DNA from: Plasmodiophora brassicae
Taxonomy: Eukaryota
Length of the DNA: 64,000 nucleotides
Direction of reading: 5' to 3'
NCBI GenBank assembly: GCA_036867785.1
Contig: CP145413.1
Coordinates: 1,240,001-1,304,000 of the forward strand
Numbering within the stretch: position 1 is the first letter of the stretch; each line of letters opens with the position of its first letter. Shown one piece after another: positions 1 through 12,418 of this stretch. A program made the translations under genes and the position numbers. Under the pieces are notes generated by a model that was not told where the DNA came from, did no database searches, and saw only the letters and a program-made list of their open reading frames with translations.

Positions 1-3000
1 ATAACAACAGCGTCCCAAGACGATACAATGCTGCTTGACTTGAAAGGAGCATAACCTTCAGGGATCTCCTTTTCACGGAAAGAACCATTTTCCCGTGTAA
101 ACACGCAATTCTTTGGCGATGGATGAACCCTTAAGAGAAAGCGTAGCCGTTCTTTGCAGCGGGCGATTACAGAGCCAGCGTCCGAACCGGCATCGCACTG
201 AGCAGCGAACTTCGAGATTTGTTCAGAAACCCTGCTTGAGTGACGAGAAATATCATGCAGGAGGTCGACTATTGTACCCGTTGAACCATGCACTTCAGAC
301 AAACGTAGATGGAGAACACCAGTGTCCGATGCCAGAAGCTCGCAATCGTTGAAATCTTTTCGCAACATATCAGTAATTCCGCAATGATGCAAAGCAACTG
401 CAAAGCACAGTCGGTCGAGATCGCTAGGAAGATTGAGGCCGCTGCGACCAACTAATTTTAAGACCTGCTGTTCAACAAACTCGAACTCCTGGTCCAGCAG
501 ACTGCAGGCGTCTTCGCCGTTTGAATTTGTGGCCAGGTCATAGATAACTTGAGATATTTCAGGGATAGAATGGGCGAAATCCTCGGACGATATCGATAGA
601 GACGTTCTCAGACCACCGAATAAAAGGCCTGACAGCCATTGACAGTTCGCGTCCTCTGCCGTCGTTTTTATCTTCGTTCCTATAAGAGTATCACCGCACA
701 CGCTAAGAAGATTTGCCATAGTCTTGCTTAGGTCCAGAAACCAGGCCAATGGCTTCGTTTCGACTGAAGCGGTCGCCGTGACAGAGACACCCCACCCGGA
801 GGTAGCCGGTGAAGCATCCGAACTATCGCCAGTTTTAACATGCACGATTACCGTATCGCCAGAGACCTTCAGCGGTTCTGAAGGCCACAGAGAAGCGGCT
901 GCTGCAGAATCCACCGCAAACTGTGGTTGAACATTTGGCCCCCATATCCTTTCGGTAACTGGGACAAAAGCGTTATGACTGGATGTAAGGAGCTGCACAA
1001 AATCATCGCTCGAAGAAGTGCAAGATCGCGAGTCAAACGCTAGAGACAAAGACGACGCATATGGGATCGATAAACGAAACTGGCGGTCCATGTTCCGCGG
1101 CAGTGGATGCTCGGTCTCAACGACCCTTTTCTCAGAGACAATGGAGACGGAATGCAAACAACCCTGGCCGTCAAGAAAAGAGCATATCCTGTCAGCGGCG
1201 CGAAGACACCCAGCCAGGACATGGATGATACACGAAGAGAGTTTCGGCAGGTTGACATGAATCAACGCCAAGAGGCCACAACAGAGCGGTCGGACAAGCT
1301 GCCCGATCAAAGTTTGTTGCAATCCGGAGAAACGATGGAGATAAAATGACTGAGGGTCGGTTCCTGAGAACTGCTCCAGCTCAAGCAGAACCTTAACAAG
1401 GACAGATTCCGCACTCCTGAAGGCCAATTCAGCATACTCGCAAACGATGCCCAACTCGGGCAATGGATGGTCTCCATATCGGTAACAGATAGCCGCATCG
1501 TAATGCCGTTTTCCCGAAAGCCCTAACAGAGCCTTCTGCAAATTCTGGAGAATTCGCAAAGCCTCTCGTTGCCCAGGCTGAGCAGACGTACGGCACGTCT
1601 GCTCCGCCTTGGCATCCAACGATACCGCCGACGTTACGCATAACGATAAGAGGCTAGAGACGACCTTCCTTAAAGACTCGCGTTCATTTCGCGTGTCCTC
1701 TATAAGAGCAATAGCGGCATGGACGGACGAAAACCGCGAGAGAAGCATGTTCAGCAAATTGTTCTCAGGATGGGCCGAGTCTGGCAAATCTTTCGCATAT
1801 TGCCCCCGTGCATAATTAGCAACACGCTTGTCGAGCAAGTCTGTCAGGTAGACTATTTGCTCGTGCGCCGATGAACAGAAAAACTGCAATCCAATGGCAA
1901 AGGCCTGCGTAGCCTCATCTGCGATTACGCTCAACGAACTCTTTCCGGCGCTGTCAGCCGAGCGGTCAACATGACGTAGAACCTGTTTCCGCAACCGTAT
2001 CATATCCTCCTTGGCAACGCCAAGAGCCTCCCGCGGTATGCCAGATTTTGCCTGTTGAAACAAATGCAGTTTGAGCAACCGGATGGCATATCGAACGACA
2101 CGGAGGTAGACAGTGCGATCATGGTCTGGAATCCCCCCAGAAAACACCCTGACGTTACATTTCTCCAAGATGAGAGATAGTTCGGTAAACGTCGCAGCAG
2201 ACACGTCCAAACACAGAGGATGCTGAACAACACCACGCCCTTGACAAGTTGCGTCATCTGGCAGTGATCTCGACAGGTCGCTCATTGACGATGGGGAGAC
2301 GCAGCAACAGAGACGATCAAGTTCAGACATGATAATGAGAACAGCATCAATTTCACAAACATTCGAAAGTGACGGCCAGTCGACCACTCTTGGACCGTCG
2401 AGCCGTTGGAACTCCTGCTCCTCCCGATCGAGGTTGGACGGCGCGTCAGTTGAATGTAAACCAACCGACGACATGGGTGGTCGGACAGTAGATGAACGGC
2501 CGTTTCTGGCGTTATCGGACGCCTCACTGTTACCGTCGATGATTTCAATATGCGAAACAGCAGAGGCAAGCGCGACCACAGCAGCATCGTCGCCAACCTC
2601 AGATCGTGGAACGGGTTGATACGTATGAAGCGCGCGCAACAGATGACCAAAGTTATATTCTCTCTGACGACGCTCCAAGCATCCATCAAGGAGGATGTTG
2701 ACCACAGAAAGTAGCAAAGAGAGAGAACCACGGGCCATTGCGAAACCGAGAATGGCCTCGACGGCTAACTTCGAAGTGTCGTCACTTGAACCCATATCAG
2801 TGCCAACGGCGACATCACGCACGAAGTGAATGATCGGGCCAATAACGTCTACTATGTCTGAGGAGAATACAGAATCGTCAGACAGCGAAAGCACAGGGGT
2901 CTCCGAAACAAGGGTCGAAGCCATTTTGAGGATCTGACTTATTAGGCTTTTGTCAGACCGCCGCGCCATGTCAATAAGGATAAGAAGGAGACGGACGACC

Positions 3001-3452
3001 GACTGCAACCCCAATTTTGTGCTGGTAGCCAAACGTGGTTTGCTGTCCATCACTCGCTTAACTTGCACTGATGTCTTCTGCCCCAAGTTCCGATCCCGGA
3101 TACCCTGCCGCTGAAACGCCTGCAGCATTTCGTAGTGCAAGAACATCAAACGTTGCTGTTCGGCTGCAAACTGGTCAGCCATTGCCTCATCAGCAATGGC
3201 ATCGATGGTCTGCATCAGATCAGCAACTGCCTGGACACGACCGGCGTCCTCATCGACACCCAGCCCAAGGGCGGCACAATTGGCTTCAGTCTGCACATGG
3301 ACAGCCTGCGCTTCAGGAGGTTTGTAACCCTGAGTATGGGCGATAACAAATCCAGGGTCGAAGATGCGGCCATCAGCCTCGAGCAGCTCCTCGTCACGAG
3401 CGCGAGTTGCCTCGAGATCGCGACCGTCGACGGCGCTAACGCCGGCACCCAT
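1..3452 (-). CDS. Large HERC1-like protein (probable HECT E3 ligase), N-terminal part; runs off the window start
   Basis: ATG at 3452 (MGAGVSAVDG). The frame is open wherever I read it, including the first 60 nt, and it is absent from the ORF track, consistent with no stop in the window. LGLQSVVRLLLILI..SLISQILKMASTLVSETPVLSL..LAVEAILGFAMARGSLSLLL resembles the HERC1 N-terminal helical region. No HECT domain is visible in the window. Confidence 0.6.
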   Translation of the reverse strand, partial: MGAGVSAVDGRDLEATRARDEELLEADGRIFDPGFVIAHTQGYKPPEAQAVHVQTEANCAALGLGVDEDAGRVQAVADLMQTIDAIADEAMADQFAAEQQRLMFLHYEMLQAFQRQGIRDRNLGQKTSVQVKRVMDSKPRLATSTKLGLQSVVRLLLILIDMARRSDKSLISQILKMASTLVSETPVLSLSDDSVFSSDIVDVIGPIIHFVRDVAVGTDMGSSDDTSKLAVEAILGFAMARGSLSLLLSVVNILLDGCLERRQREYNFGHLLRALHTYQPVPRSEVGDDAAVVALASAVSHIEIIDGNSEASDNARNGRSSTVRPPMSSVGLHSTDAPSNLDREEQEFQRLDGPRVVDWPSLSNVCEIDAVLIIMSELDRLCCCVSPSSMSDLSRSLPDDATCQGRGVVQHPLCLDVSAATFTELSLILEKCNVRVFSGGIPDHDRTVYLRVVRYAIRLLKLHLFQQAKSGIPREALGVAKEDMIRLRKQVLRHVDRSADSAGKSSLSVIADEATQAFAIGLQFFCSSAHEQIVYLTDLLDKRVANYARGQYAKDLPDSAHPENNLLNMLLSRFSSVHAAIALIEDTRNERESLRKVVSSLLSLCVTSAVSLDAKAEQTCRTSAQPGQREALRILQNLQKALLGLSGKRHYDAAICYRYGDHPLPELGIVCEYAELAFRSAESVLVKVLLELEQFSGTDPQSFYLHRFSGLQQTLIGQLVRPLCCGLLALIHVNLPKLSSCIIHVLAGCLRAADRICSFLDGQGCLHSVSIVSEKRVVETEHPLPRNMDRQFRLSIPYASSLSLAFDSRSCTSSSDDFVQLLTSSHNAFVPVTERIWGPNVQPQFAVDSAAAASLWPSEPLKVSGDTVIVHVKTGDSSDASPATSGWGVSVTATASVETKPLAWFLDLSKTMANLLSVCGDTLIGTKIKTTAEDANCQWLSGLLFGGLRTSLSISSEDFAHSIPEISQVIYDLATNSNGEDACSLLDQEFEFVEQQVLKLVGRSGLNLPSDLDRLCFAVALHHCGITDMLRKDFNDCELLASDTGVLHLRLSEVHGSTGTIVDLLHDISRHSSRVSEQISKFAAQCDAGSDAGSVIARCKERLRFLLRVHPSPKNCVFTRENGSFREKEIPEGYAPFKSSSIVSSWDAVV

Positions 3453-3816
3453 CCCGCGACGCGCGCAAACCGATTCGAGAACACTGAGCCAAACAACGAC
3501 GACGGTGCGACCGCCAGCCACAGTCCCACTGACTGTGGCGGAGCGCTCGGGCGGTTGCAGTTGGTAACAGCAGTTGCAGCATCGACGAACACCCCAAAAA
3601 ATGTGTCTGGCATCGCGTGCGACCCAGCTGGACGACGACAACGTTAAGTAACGGGTCACTTCCATGGCCCACGTGCACAGGTGAATTGATATGCGGTCTG
3701 GCGTTATCGCTACAGTACAAAGATTAATTTCGCTTCGGTACGCTTGATGATCCGTTTATCGGGGGGTCGGTGGTCGTCGGGGATCGACGATAAATAGGCC
3801 TGTCGGTAAGGTGCTT

Positions 3817-5297
3817 ATGGGGAACATCTGCTCAGGTATCAGTGAGGACCCATTTACTATCATGACCAGTATCTGAATGAATGCGTGCGAAGGACGCAAC
3901 ATTGGCATGTCGAATGTGTTTCGTGTCCCGTTGCAGGAGCTCTGGGACCGGGACCACTGCTGTCCGAGATTTATCGAGGAGACCATTAATCACATTACCT
4001 CCCAAGGGCGCGCAACGAAGCACATCTTTCGAGAGAAAGCTGATCATGAGCTGGAGGCTCTCTGCCATACAATGGAGCAATTCGCGTTAAGTACGACGAC
4101 ATCGTTCAGCAGTCACCCCTGTCTGGGTGATTTGTGACCGATGTCGTTAATTCGTAGGGCCGGACCTAGAGCTGACGTTGATGGCATTCTCAATGCAGTC
4201 GGTGACGACGTTCCTGAAGAAGTTCCTGCGGGACCTCCCCGAACCGGTCATTCCAAAGCGCTATCAGAAATCCATGCTTTACACTATGACGAATGTTTCC
4301 AATGTTCTCTTCATATGTTCCGACAAGCAGGACGATTTCGACCGACTTCTCATGCTCCAGGTAAACGTAGAAGAGCGGGTCCTGGCAAATAATCTCACTG
4401 TGGGCTTCTAGAGCATGCTCTTATGTCTACCTCGCCCGAATTTCGACATCGTCCGACGCTTACTTCATTGCCTATCAGTATTGGCGAATGCACCTGACGA
4501 TGACGAGTCGAGTCCATTATCCCTTGGGCAGGTATGTCCGTGTCTAGCTCAATAAGGCGTTGTCGAACGCATTCGACATGCAGATACTGGGCCCGATCGT
4601 GTTCAGACCAACAATTGTGGTGTCGTCGTCCCGACGTTCCCGTCATCTGGAGAAGAAGCGCGGGCCGGTCGCCCTGTATGACGACGCTCTTGACAACGAG
4701 GATGCAATTCTTTCCCAAGTACGAAGCCTTAGACCCGTGCGTCTGTAGACCTGAGCAGTGTTTCAGAAATGCTTGACATTCATGATCAATCATTACGCGG
4801 CATTGTTCCGAGAGAACCCACATCGTAACCTGGGCATACTCTTCTCCGAGACATCGAAGCTCGAAGAGATCAACATGGAGAACATCAGGCGCATGGAGCA
4901 CCAACACATGTCCATTGAGAAGTTCAAAATCAGAGCCGTTCAGCGCATGTACGCACGGTTCGCAATGGCGAAATTCTTCATCGCATGGCGAAGCGTCTCG
5001 GCAACCGCCGAACAACGTCACAGCGTGTACAAGAAACTCCATCACCTCAAACAGGAGCTCGAGGTCACGCGCGCCGAATCCTTGCGTGCCGAACGACGTT
5101 GCACACAGCTCGAGACCAAGCTAGACCTGGAAACCTTCGACACCAACATCAGCACTGCGACGTTCCGCAAATCCATACCGCGTGCCTCGGCCGCCTTCCT
5201 CCTACCCGTACCAAGCCCTGGCAGTCGACCATCTTTCATCCGACAACCGTCCCTGTCGTCTCCCAGGCCAAGGACCACCACGACGTTCGCGTTCTAA
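3817..5297 (+). CDS. RhoGAP-domain protein (multi-exon)
   Basis: Spliced MGNICSG|RNIGMSNVFRVPL..PRFIEETINHI..HIFRE (arginine finger), FLKKFLRDLPEPVIP and ILGPIVFRP; C-terminal coiled coil; stop at 5297. Confidence 0.8.
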
Positions 5298-5476
5298 ACG
5301 TTACCTGTGTAAATGCCGTACCCATCAGTGTGAATTGCAGCAAACAGATGCAGTCCCGCAGGAGCCGTCCTCACAGTGTGGCTGTTGGATGACGTGACCA
5401 GTGACTACAGGTTCGGACGTCCAGAACTGCAGTTGCGGCGCCCCGGGCCTGCGCGGACTCGCCGTATTGCGCAACG

Positions 5477-7033
5477 ATGGCGACCGCTGAGCTGTCGGCC
5501 GAGGAGAAGAAGCGCCTGAAGGAGGAGCGCCGGCGGCAGTTCCTTGCGAGCCGGCCCGACCTGGAGGCGCGGCCCAAACCGAGCAGAGCTGAGCGAAAGA
5601 AGCAACAGCAGCAACAGCAACAGCAGCAGCCGCAGGAACAACAACGGCAAACGCCGAAGCAACACCCTGCAAAGCAGGCCTCGGCACAACAAGACAAAGG
5701 CGGTAAAGCAGAGAGGCAATCCGGGTTGATTGCAACGCCAAAGGCGTCGCCACAATCACGAGCCATCAATGGCCTTCTGAATCATCTGCCAGCGTACACG
5801 AAGCAGTCATCGCAGACGATGGGCATCAAGATGGGTGCTCAAATAAGTATTCATCCCAGCTTCGTTTCGTTAGCGTTAGCGATATCGAAGCACATTCTTG
5901 CAGGTCTCTGATGGTGGTTCTGGGAGAACCTGATTGATCTAATGGTCTGCCGACAGGGTCAAACTCTCGTTCTGCCGGTCTGATCGCCGCGTTGCGCCGA
6001 TTCTTAAACGACTATGAGTGCCCCGGTGGAAGGCCTTTCTCCAGACATTTGGAGCAGCTGCTGACGACGCACATGAAATTCCTGGACAAGATCAGGTCAT
6101 CGATGCTGTTGTCGTTCCGGTGTTTCTATGCTGATTGTCACTGGTCAACAGACCGCTTTCCGTAGGCATGCGCAACGTTGCCGTCACGCTCAAATCGGCT
6201 GTTTCGAAACTGGACCCGTCCCTGCCCAATTCCGAAGCCAAACGGATTCTGTTTGAGATGCTGGACAAGTACACTGAAGAACGCATCGTGTACGCACTGG
6301 CGTCCATTGTTAAGATCGCTGAAGACAAGATTCGTGATGGGGACGTTATCCTGACATTCGGGCGGTCTCACGTTATCGAGGAAATAGTCATCAATGCGCA
6401 CCGCAAAGGCATCAAGTTTCGTGTCATTGTCGCTGATTCAGGACCGCAGTTCGAAGGTCGCCGTGCCGTGCAACGCCTTGTTCGTATGTGCCCTGCGCTT
6501 AATTGTTCCTACGTCCTCATACAGTCCGTTACTTACGTGATGCGCGAGGTGACCAAGGTACGCTTTCAACGCGGGCGTTTCATGGCTGTTTCTAGCTGCT
6601 GACACAATATTAGGTGTTTCTTTCTGCAACGTCGATGTTTGCAAATGGTTCTGTTCTTGGCAGAATCGGAACTGCTGTTGTCGCCGTCATGGCTAGGACG
6701 TATCACGTTCCCTGTATTGTATGCTGCGAGACGCGCAACTTCTCCGAGAAGGTAACCACGCCAATGTACAGTGATGAAGCGCGTCGTGACGTTCGCATTC
6801 AGGCTCAGGTCGATGCGATTACCCAAAACGAGCACCTGGATCCTGATAGTTTGATCATGTCTGCGAACCCCAGCCCGCTGAAGGATCTGCAGCACCTGGC
6901 TAGCCTCAGCGTTCTGAATTTAGCGTACGACGTCACCCCAGCTAATCTAGTAACGATGCTGATCACCGAGGTCGGCTGCATTCCCGCTACTAGCGTCCCT
7001 GCCGTGACTCGCGAGTTCATGAAGAGCATGTAA
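5477..7033 (+). CDS. EIF2B4: Translation initiation factor eIF2B delta subunit
   Basis: Motifs RPLSVGMRN, DGDVILTFGRS, VIVADSGPQFEG, ANGSVLGRIGTA, VCCETRNFSEK and LNLAYDVTP..TEVGCIPATSVP, with a charged N-terminal extension. Confidence 0.92.
5602..5646 (+). repeat. CAG/CAA polyglutamine tract in eIF2B-delta
   Basis: The run gcaacagcagcaacagcaacagcagcag encodes QQQQQQQQQPQEQQ. Confidence 0.8.
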
Positions 7034-7225
7034 TCGTGTTCTTCCTTTCTGCATTCCATACACCTACGCATTTAGACTGTTGGACTCGTATGCATATCAG
7101 AGACTCAAGGGACCCGAGTCGTGTCCACGGAACGCGTTCCAGTAAAGAAACCAGGGAACAGGTTAGGTGCTTGTCGAAGGTGTATTCGTCAGGAATCCAA
7201 ATGTTACAATGGGAAGACATTAGGC

Positions 7226-9686
7226 TCAAGTGTGACCGTCTCTTGCAACTGCCGGGAATGAGGACTCCACGATTCCTAGGTGCAACACGCGGTCGCCCGT
7301 TGAGCAAACGGGGTCGACTGATTTGCCGACCACGATGCCATCCAGAGGCGCTCTGTAGGTTGCTGTAATATCACCGAAAATGTTTCTGATTTGGGCGATA
7401 ACCTGAAGCCCAATCAGTTGAATACCGCAATACATAACGTTGTGGCGTACCTGGCCTTTCTCCACCCAGGTATTGATCTCGGGCGTTACAGTCAACCTGC
7501 ACGTCAACAAATCAGTTTGTACCGTTCCCTCCAGGTATAGTCAGCGACACTGAACATACAGGCCACCTGATCGAATAATTTAGACTGATGATGTGTCAGG
7601 TACATGCAACACTAAACGTACCGTGTTTGGCGAAAATCCAGAAGGACCTGGCGCAGACAGTGGGTTTCGAATCTTCCGAAGGCCCTTCCTGGTCTTCCCT
7701 GATCACCATATGCAACGAGCTAAGAATGTTTTCGACTCCGAGCAGCGCAGCCGTAACGAAACGCCGATGGATTCGCGATGGGTCACCAATCTCAACGGTG
7801 ATGGACGGGATTCCTAGGTTCATTGCCGCGCTTCTCAGGGAGCCCTGGAAGGTGTCAGACGCAAACGGTTAGACACGCAACCATTCCAACATACGTCAGG
7901 TGCCGTATTGTGCACAATAATCTGTGGCTCCTGGAGCAGAGCCATGCTGTGCGTTATCCGGTTGTTCATGTCAGCGCGAACATAGAGTGAGTTAACTCGA
8001 CCGAAGCTCGCCGTATGCAGATCGATATGGTAGTTGAACTTGCAGATGATTGAATTGACAATGTTGTACGCGTATACCTGGCCGCAATTGCCGTTAGGGT
8101 TCCCGGGGAACAAGCGGTTCAGGTCCTGTCCATCATGGAAATTCCTTTGATGCATCAGTAGGCCTGGGCAGTTTAAAACGGGCACCTGAACGGCTAGCTT
8201 TGGCACCGGTATCGGAATACTTAAGATGGGGGCATTCGCTTACCGCTGCAACGGTCCCGTTCAATGTTTCGACATCGAGTTCCCGCAGAAGCCTAAAAAT
8301 AAGGGGGATGCCGTTAAGCTCGTTGCCATGAACGGCAGACGTAATTCCTAAGTTCGCGATTAATGCAGGTGCATACGTTGAATGGCGTAGCGGGATACCG
8401 AGGACGGGGCCTTCGAACGCGCCCTTTGCCACAATGACGGGAACGGTCAGGTTGAAACCAAGCCCGTCTGTTCCAAGTACGATCTTCATGCGGGTAACCG
8501 AGGCCGGCGGTAAAGTCTCAATGTTCAGCGACGTAAAGACGGGAATATCGTCTTCGACGCTGTCAAATTGTTATAAGCAGTGACAAGACTAATTGGACAG
8601 CCGTATGGAGACTTACATTGTCTCGTCCAGCTCCTTTTGGGCAGCCTCGTCTTCTTCCACTGTTGAGATAGGCCCACATTTGACCTACACTGCCTTCAGA
8701 AACCACCATTTGTCAACTGAATATAACTCGCACCATTTCTTCCGCAACAAGCGCTCGAACTTCGTTGACAGCGTTGACGTGGCTTTGCCTCCTAGAAGCA
8801 ACCCTGGCAGACGTCTCTGCCAAAAGATCCCTGTCCAGCGCTTGTAAGGGTACTACAGACAGGAGCAGACATTGCCCTACTTATACTGTGCGGGATCCGT
8901 CTCCCTCCCCCTCATGACCTTATCGTACTTCTTCACAATTTTGTCGAGACCAGAAAAGTTCATTGAGATGAAGTGCTCTAGTCGAATTAATTGCAGCGTG
9001 AAGCCAAGCCTGCATCCCGCAAACGTTAACGTTGGTCAATACGGCATTACAATGGATTCTCACAGTGATTTACGAAGGTCTTGGCTAGACACCTGATTCG
9101 TATCGGTCAAAATCCTCTTTCGGATGCTGGCGGCCTGGTTCGAACAGAACTGGTCGATCTTGTTGAACTCGCGACGGAACAGCTCCTGGAAACACCGTCT
9201 ACGAAAGTCCCCAGTCGCTTCGAATTTCAGCTTAATTTCACTGGCGTGCCGCACTGCCGAATCCCGCCGTTCTTCGGAGTAAGCATCAGCAAGTTCCAGA
9301 TGGGACTAGGCCAGGGACGCTGAGCAGACCTTCAGTGGTTTTCCGCTCTATCTCTGCCTCACTCTCTGATTCGAAATTAGTCACAGATACGCTGCGTTCC
9401 AGCAGCGACTTCGCCTCCAGCAAGACCTGGTTGAGCTTATCCTCCTGATCATGTCCTGCGCTACCGGTCAATAACACGCGGGACACGACTTGTTTCCAGG
9501 TCGAGTTACCAAGCTGTGCGAGCTGATGGATGAGCTGCTTGAACTTCTTGTAATTCAGATAGTAGTCGGCCCACCTGAAGCATGCAAACGATCAGAAACG
9601 CGGAACCGTTCCCGGCGCTCCAGCCCGACTGACTTCGTGTTCCAGGGCAGGTTGGCCTCCAGACGTATCGACTTCCCGAACTTCAT
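7226..9686 (-). CDS. SPX domain fused to succinylglutamate desuccinylase/aspartoacylase (M14 AstE/AspA) family deacylase
   Basis: SPX part: MKFGK..WADYYLNYKKFKQLI and FISMNFSGLDKIVKKYDK. GT-AG introns keep the frame into HGNELNG, DLNRLFPG, HIDLHTA, ITVEIG and a C-terminal APLDGIVVG segment; stop at 7226. Confidence 0.8.
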
Positions 9687-9965
9687 CGTGTTCGGTCGCC
9701 AACGCTCACGCTCGCTCCTTCGATGTCACACGACCGGAACTCGTCGCGCTAGGCCGCCGTCCAGTCAGGTCACTCGCAGTCCGCCAGACTCAGGTTGTCG
9801 GCCTTCGGCGCGGGCGCAGCCGCAACTGGTAATAAGTAGCCTACGTGCCCATCGTCCCGCGGAACACACACAGGCACGCACGCACCTGTCCCAGGCATAT
9901 ACAAATAGTACAACGCTGCACAGAGCAGTCCACCCGTGCACGTACAGTTGCTCGTTTAGTCTGCG

Positions 9966-10875
9966 CTAGCCTGGAAGGGACGCGTCCGATTCGGACCGGG
10001 CGTGTTCGCGGCGCAGAACGCGCGGCTGGATGTGGTACGGGCCGGGCAGCCGCGCGTAGATCATCATCGGGTCGTCGATCCATCTGGACCCGCCGGCGAA
10101 TTTGAACAGGCGCGGGTTGGAGTACGGCGGATGTTTCTGGGCGAGCACCATCAGCTCGTAGTTGTTCGGCGGCATGACGTCGTTGCTGTCCGATGGCCAC
10201 GACGGCGTGAATAGGCAGTCCGGGAGGGCGACTTTGCCACGGGTTGGGAACCATGGGCCGGCGATCGGCAGCTTATCATCACGGGCGGCTGCCGGTGACT
10301 TCGTCTCTGGGGACGGTTTGTGTCCGAATATCACCCGTCGCAGCTTGTCGTTCTCGTGACGTTTCATGTACAGATCCATTTCCAGGTCGGACATGTAGGC
10401 GATGGGCGTGAAATCCCCATTGCGTCCCTGTCAACATCAGTGGAATCATTGGATCTCCTGGCGTAGGCAGCGATGCGACGTACCGATTTCGGAGGGTTGG
10501 GCGCTCTCCATGGTACAGCGCTTGCGTCCTTAGACGACGTCGTTTTCGTTGCGGATGGCGTGAAGACGATACGTGGCGCAGACAGCGAGAAGCTACGCGT
10601 GACCGATGACGAAGCTCTCCAGGGCAGCTTCGGATGAAAGTTGGACGAGTAGTTGCGGTTTATGTGGGGCCCGAATCTGCAGCCGCGACTGAGTTAGCCA
10701 GCATCGGCGGGAGCTCATGTCGGATAGCAGACTCGGCATCGTGGATGTATCGGTACTGGCCTTTGAGAACTTGCGCCGATGTCCTGAACGGACCGGAGTG
10801 CTTCGGGAGTCGCAGGGGCTTCGGCGGCGGGCGCGATGGTGCCCCGGCCGCACGAGCTCGACGACTGGTTGACAT
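9966..10875 (-). CDS. Hypothetical proline-rich protein (3 exons), weak resemblance to flagellar UPF0602/CFAP96-type repeats
   Basis: Two GT-AG introns join MSTSRR..IHDAE|FGPHINRN..WRAPNPPKS|GRNGDFTPIAYMSD to the ORF ending at 9966. The family resemblance is tentative. Confidence 0.5.
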
Positions 10876-11163
10876 TTGACAACGAACAGATATTGAGTCG
10901 CGATGTTGACGTCACCCAAGGCATCGTAATATCTCTGGAGTAGGTAGAGTTGTATACATCGTCGAGGAGAGGCGTTGATGTCGACCGAGAGAGCGAGCGA
11001 CGCGGGGACGGCGGATGAACGATGTGAATATATTGATTGATGCACGGCTGTAGTTGATGCGCATTCGTTGTTAATAGGAGACGATGCGATGGTGTACGCG
11101 ATAGAGTAATAATGGGCGTGGATCGACACGACGGAACGGTCGGGGTTTGGTAGAGGAAGTAGG

Positions 11164-12418
11164 TTACATAGTGGTGCCGAGAGTGAGCTTGCGCAGGGCG
11201 ATATGGAATTTCTTGCGTTGGCCCAGCTTGGTCATACCGAGGGAGACCAGGTCCTGGTCCGTGATATCTTTGATGACATCCAGGCTGTCGACCTCAGCGT
11301 CTTCAAAGTTCTTCGACATGCTCTCAAGACCAGCTTCTTTCAGGAACTCTACAACCTTGGCGAACCCGTCGTTTTTCTTGGGCACGAACGACGTCGACTG
11401 GGCGCTCAGCTGCGACGCGGTAAAGGTCGTTGTCGACTGCGCAAACGCGGTTGTGACTGTGGCCACTGGCCGTGCCCGAGGCGGCCCAGGATGCACGACA
11501 CCAATACGAGCACAGCGGAGGCGCTCTTCAATCTTGTTGATCTCGTCTTCTTCGTCTTCATCGCTATCCCAACCAGAAGAAGAGGCAGGTGGGACTGAGT
11601 CGACGCGACTGCCGTTATCACGGATTGGGTTGGCCTTCTTGGCCGTTGCAATCCCCTCTGCGGCTTGGACGTTCCCAACCGATGATTCGAACGTCGTGCT
11701 CACTATGGGGCCGGGCCGCGTCGGCGGTGGCCTCGATGCGCGAACAACTGCCGGCGTTTGAACCATCGCAGACGTTGACTGATTGGTCTGCGGAAGTTGA
11801 GAATGGCCCCGTTCGGTGGACGATTCGCGCCAACCCTATCAGCAGCTTAGATAGCAGGAAACAAAGGTTGCAGAAGCGTACCTGAGCGGAAGAATTAAAT
11901 CCAGATGAGTTCTTGGCAGTTCCATCATTGTCGGTCGGCCAGCTAGATGCATTAGTGGTAACGGATGACTTCCAGGTCGAATCCGATGTTGCCTGCTTCG
12001 CCGGTGTCGCCTTCGTCGTCCCATTCCAGTCGTTCTTCTCGCCGTCCGGTCTGTGAGACCCCCACACGGCCTCTTTCGGTCCACTGCAACCGTTGTCGTC
12101 CAGAGATCCTCCTCCCCACGATGACTGCGCTTGAGTATGCTTCACGACGTTGTCCCCTTTGGTTGATTGTGGCGCTCCGGCTGATTCTCGCCAATTATTC
12201 GTCGTTGACGATGTCGTTCCACTGCCTCGATTGCCCGAGTCATACGCCGCGCGCGACGACATCGAACCGCCACGTGGGCCGTCCGACGCTCCGACAGGAT
12301 TCACCGTCTTCTTCGTCACCTCGAATCGGCGGTACGTCCCGGCCTCAGGCGCCGTCGCTCCGGGGTCCGGCGTCGCAGGACAGCAACCCGGAGCGCTCTG
12401 CACCGGGCGGCCACTCAT
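11164..12418 (-). CDS. Low-complexity protein with C-terminal SAM domain
   Basis: One intron joins ORFs 11618..12550 and 11164..11766. The C-terminus VVEFLKEAGLESMSKNFEDAEVDSLDVIKDITDQDLVSLGMTKLGQRKKF is a SAM domain. The start codon is uncertain. Confidence 0.75.
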
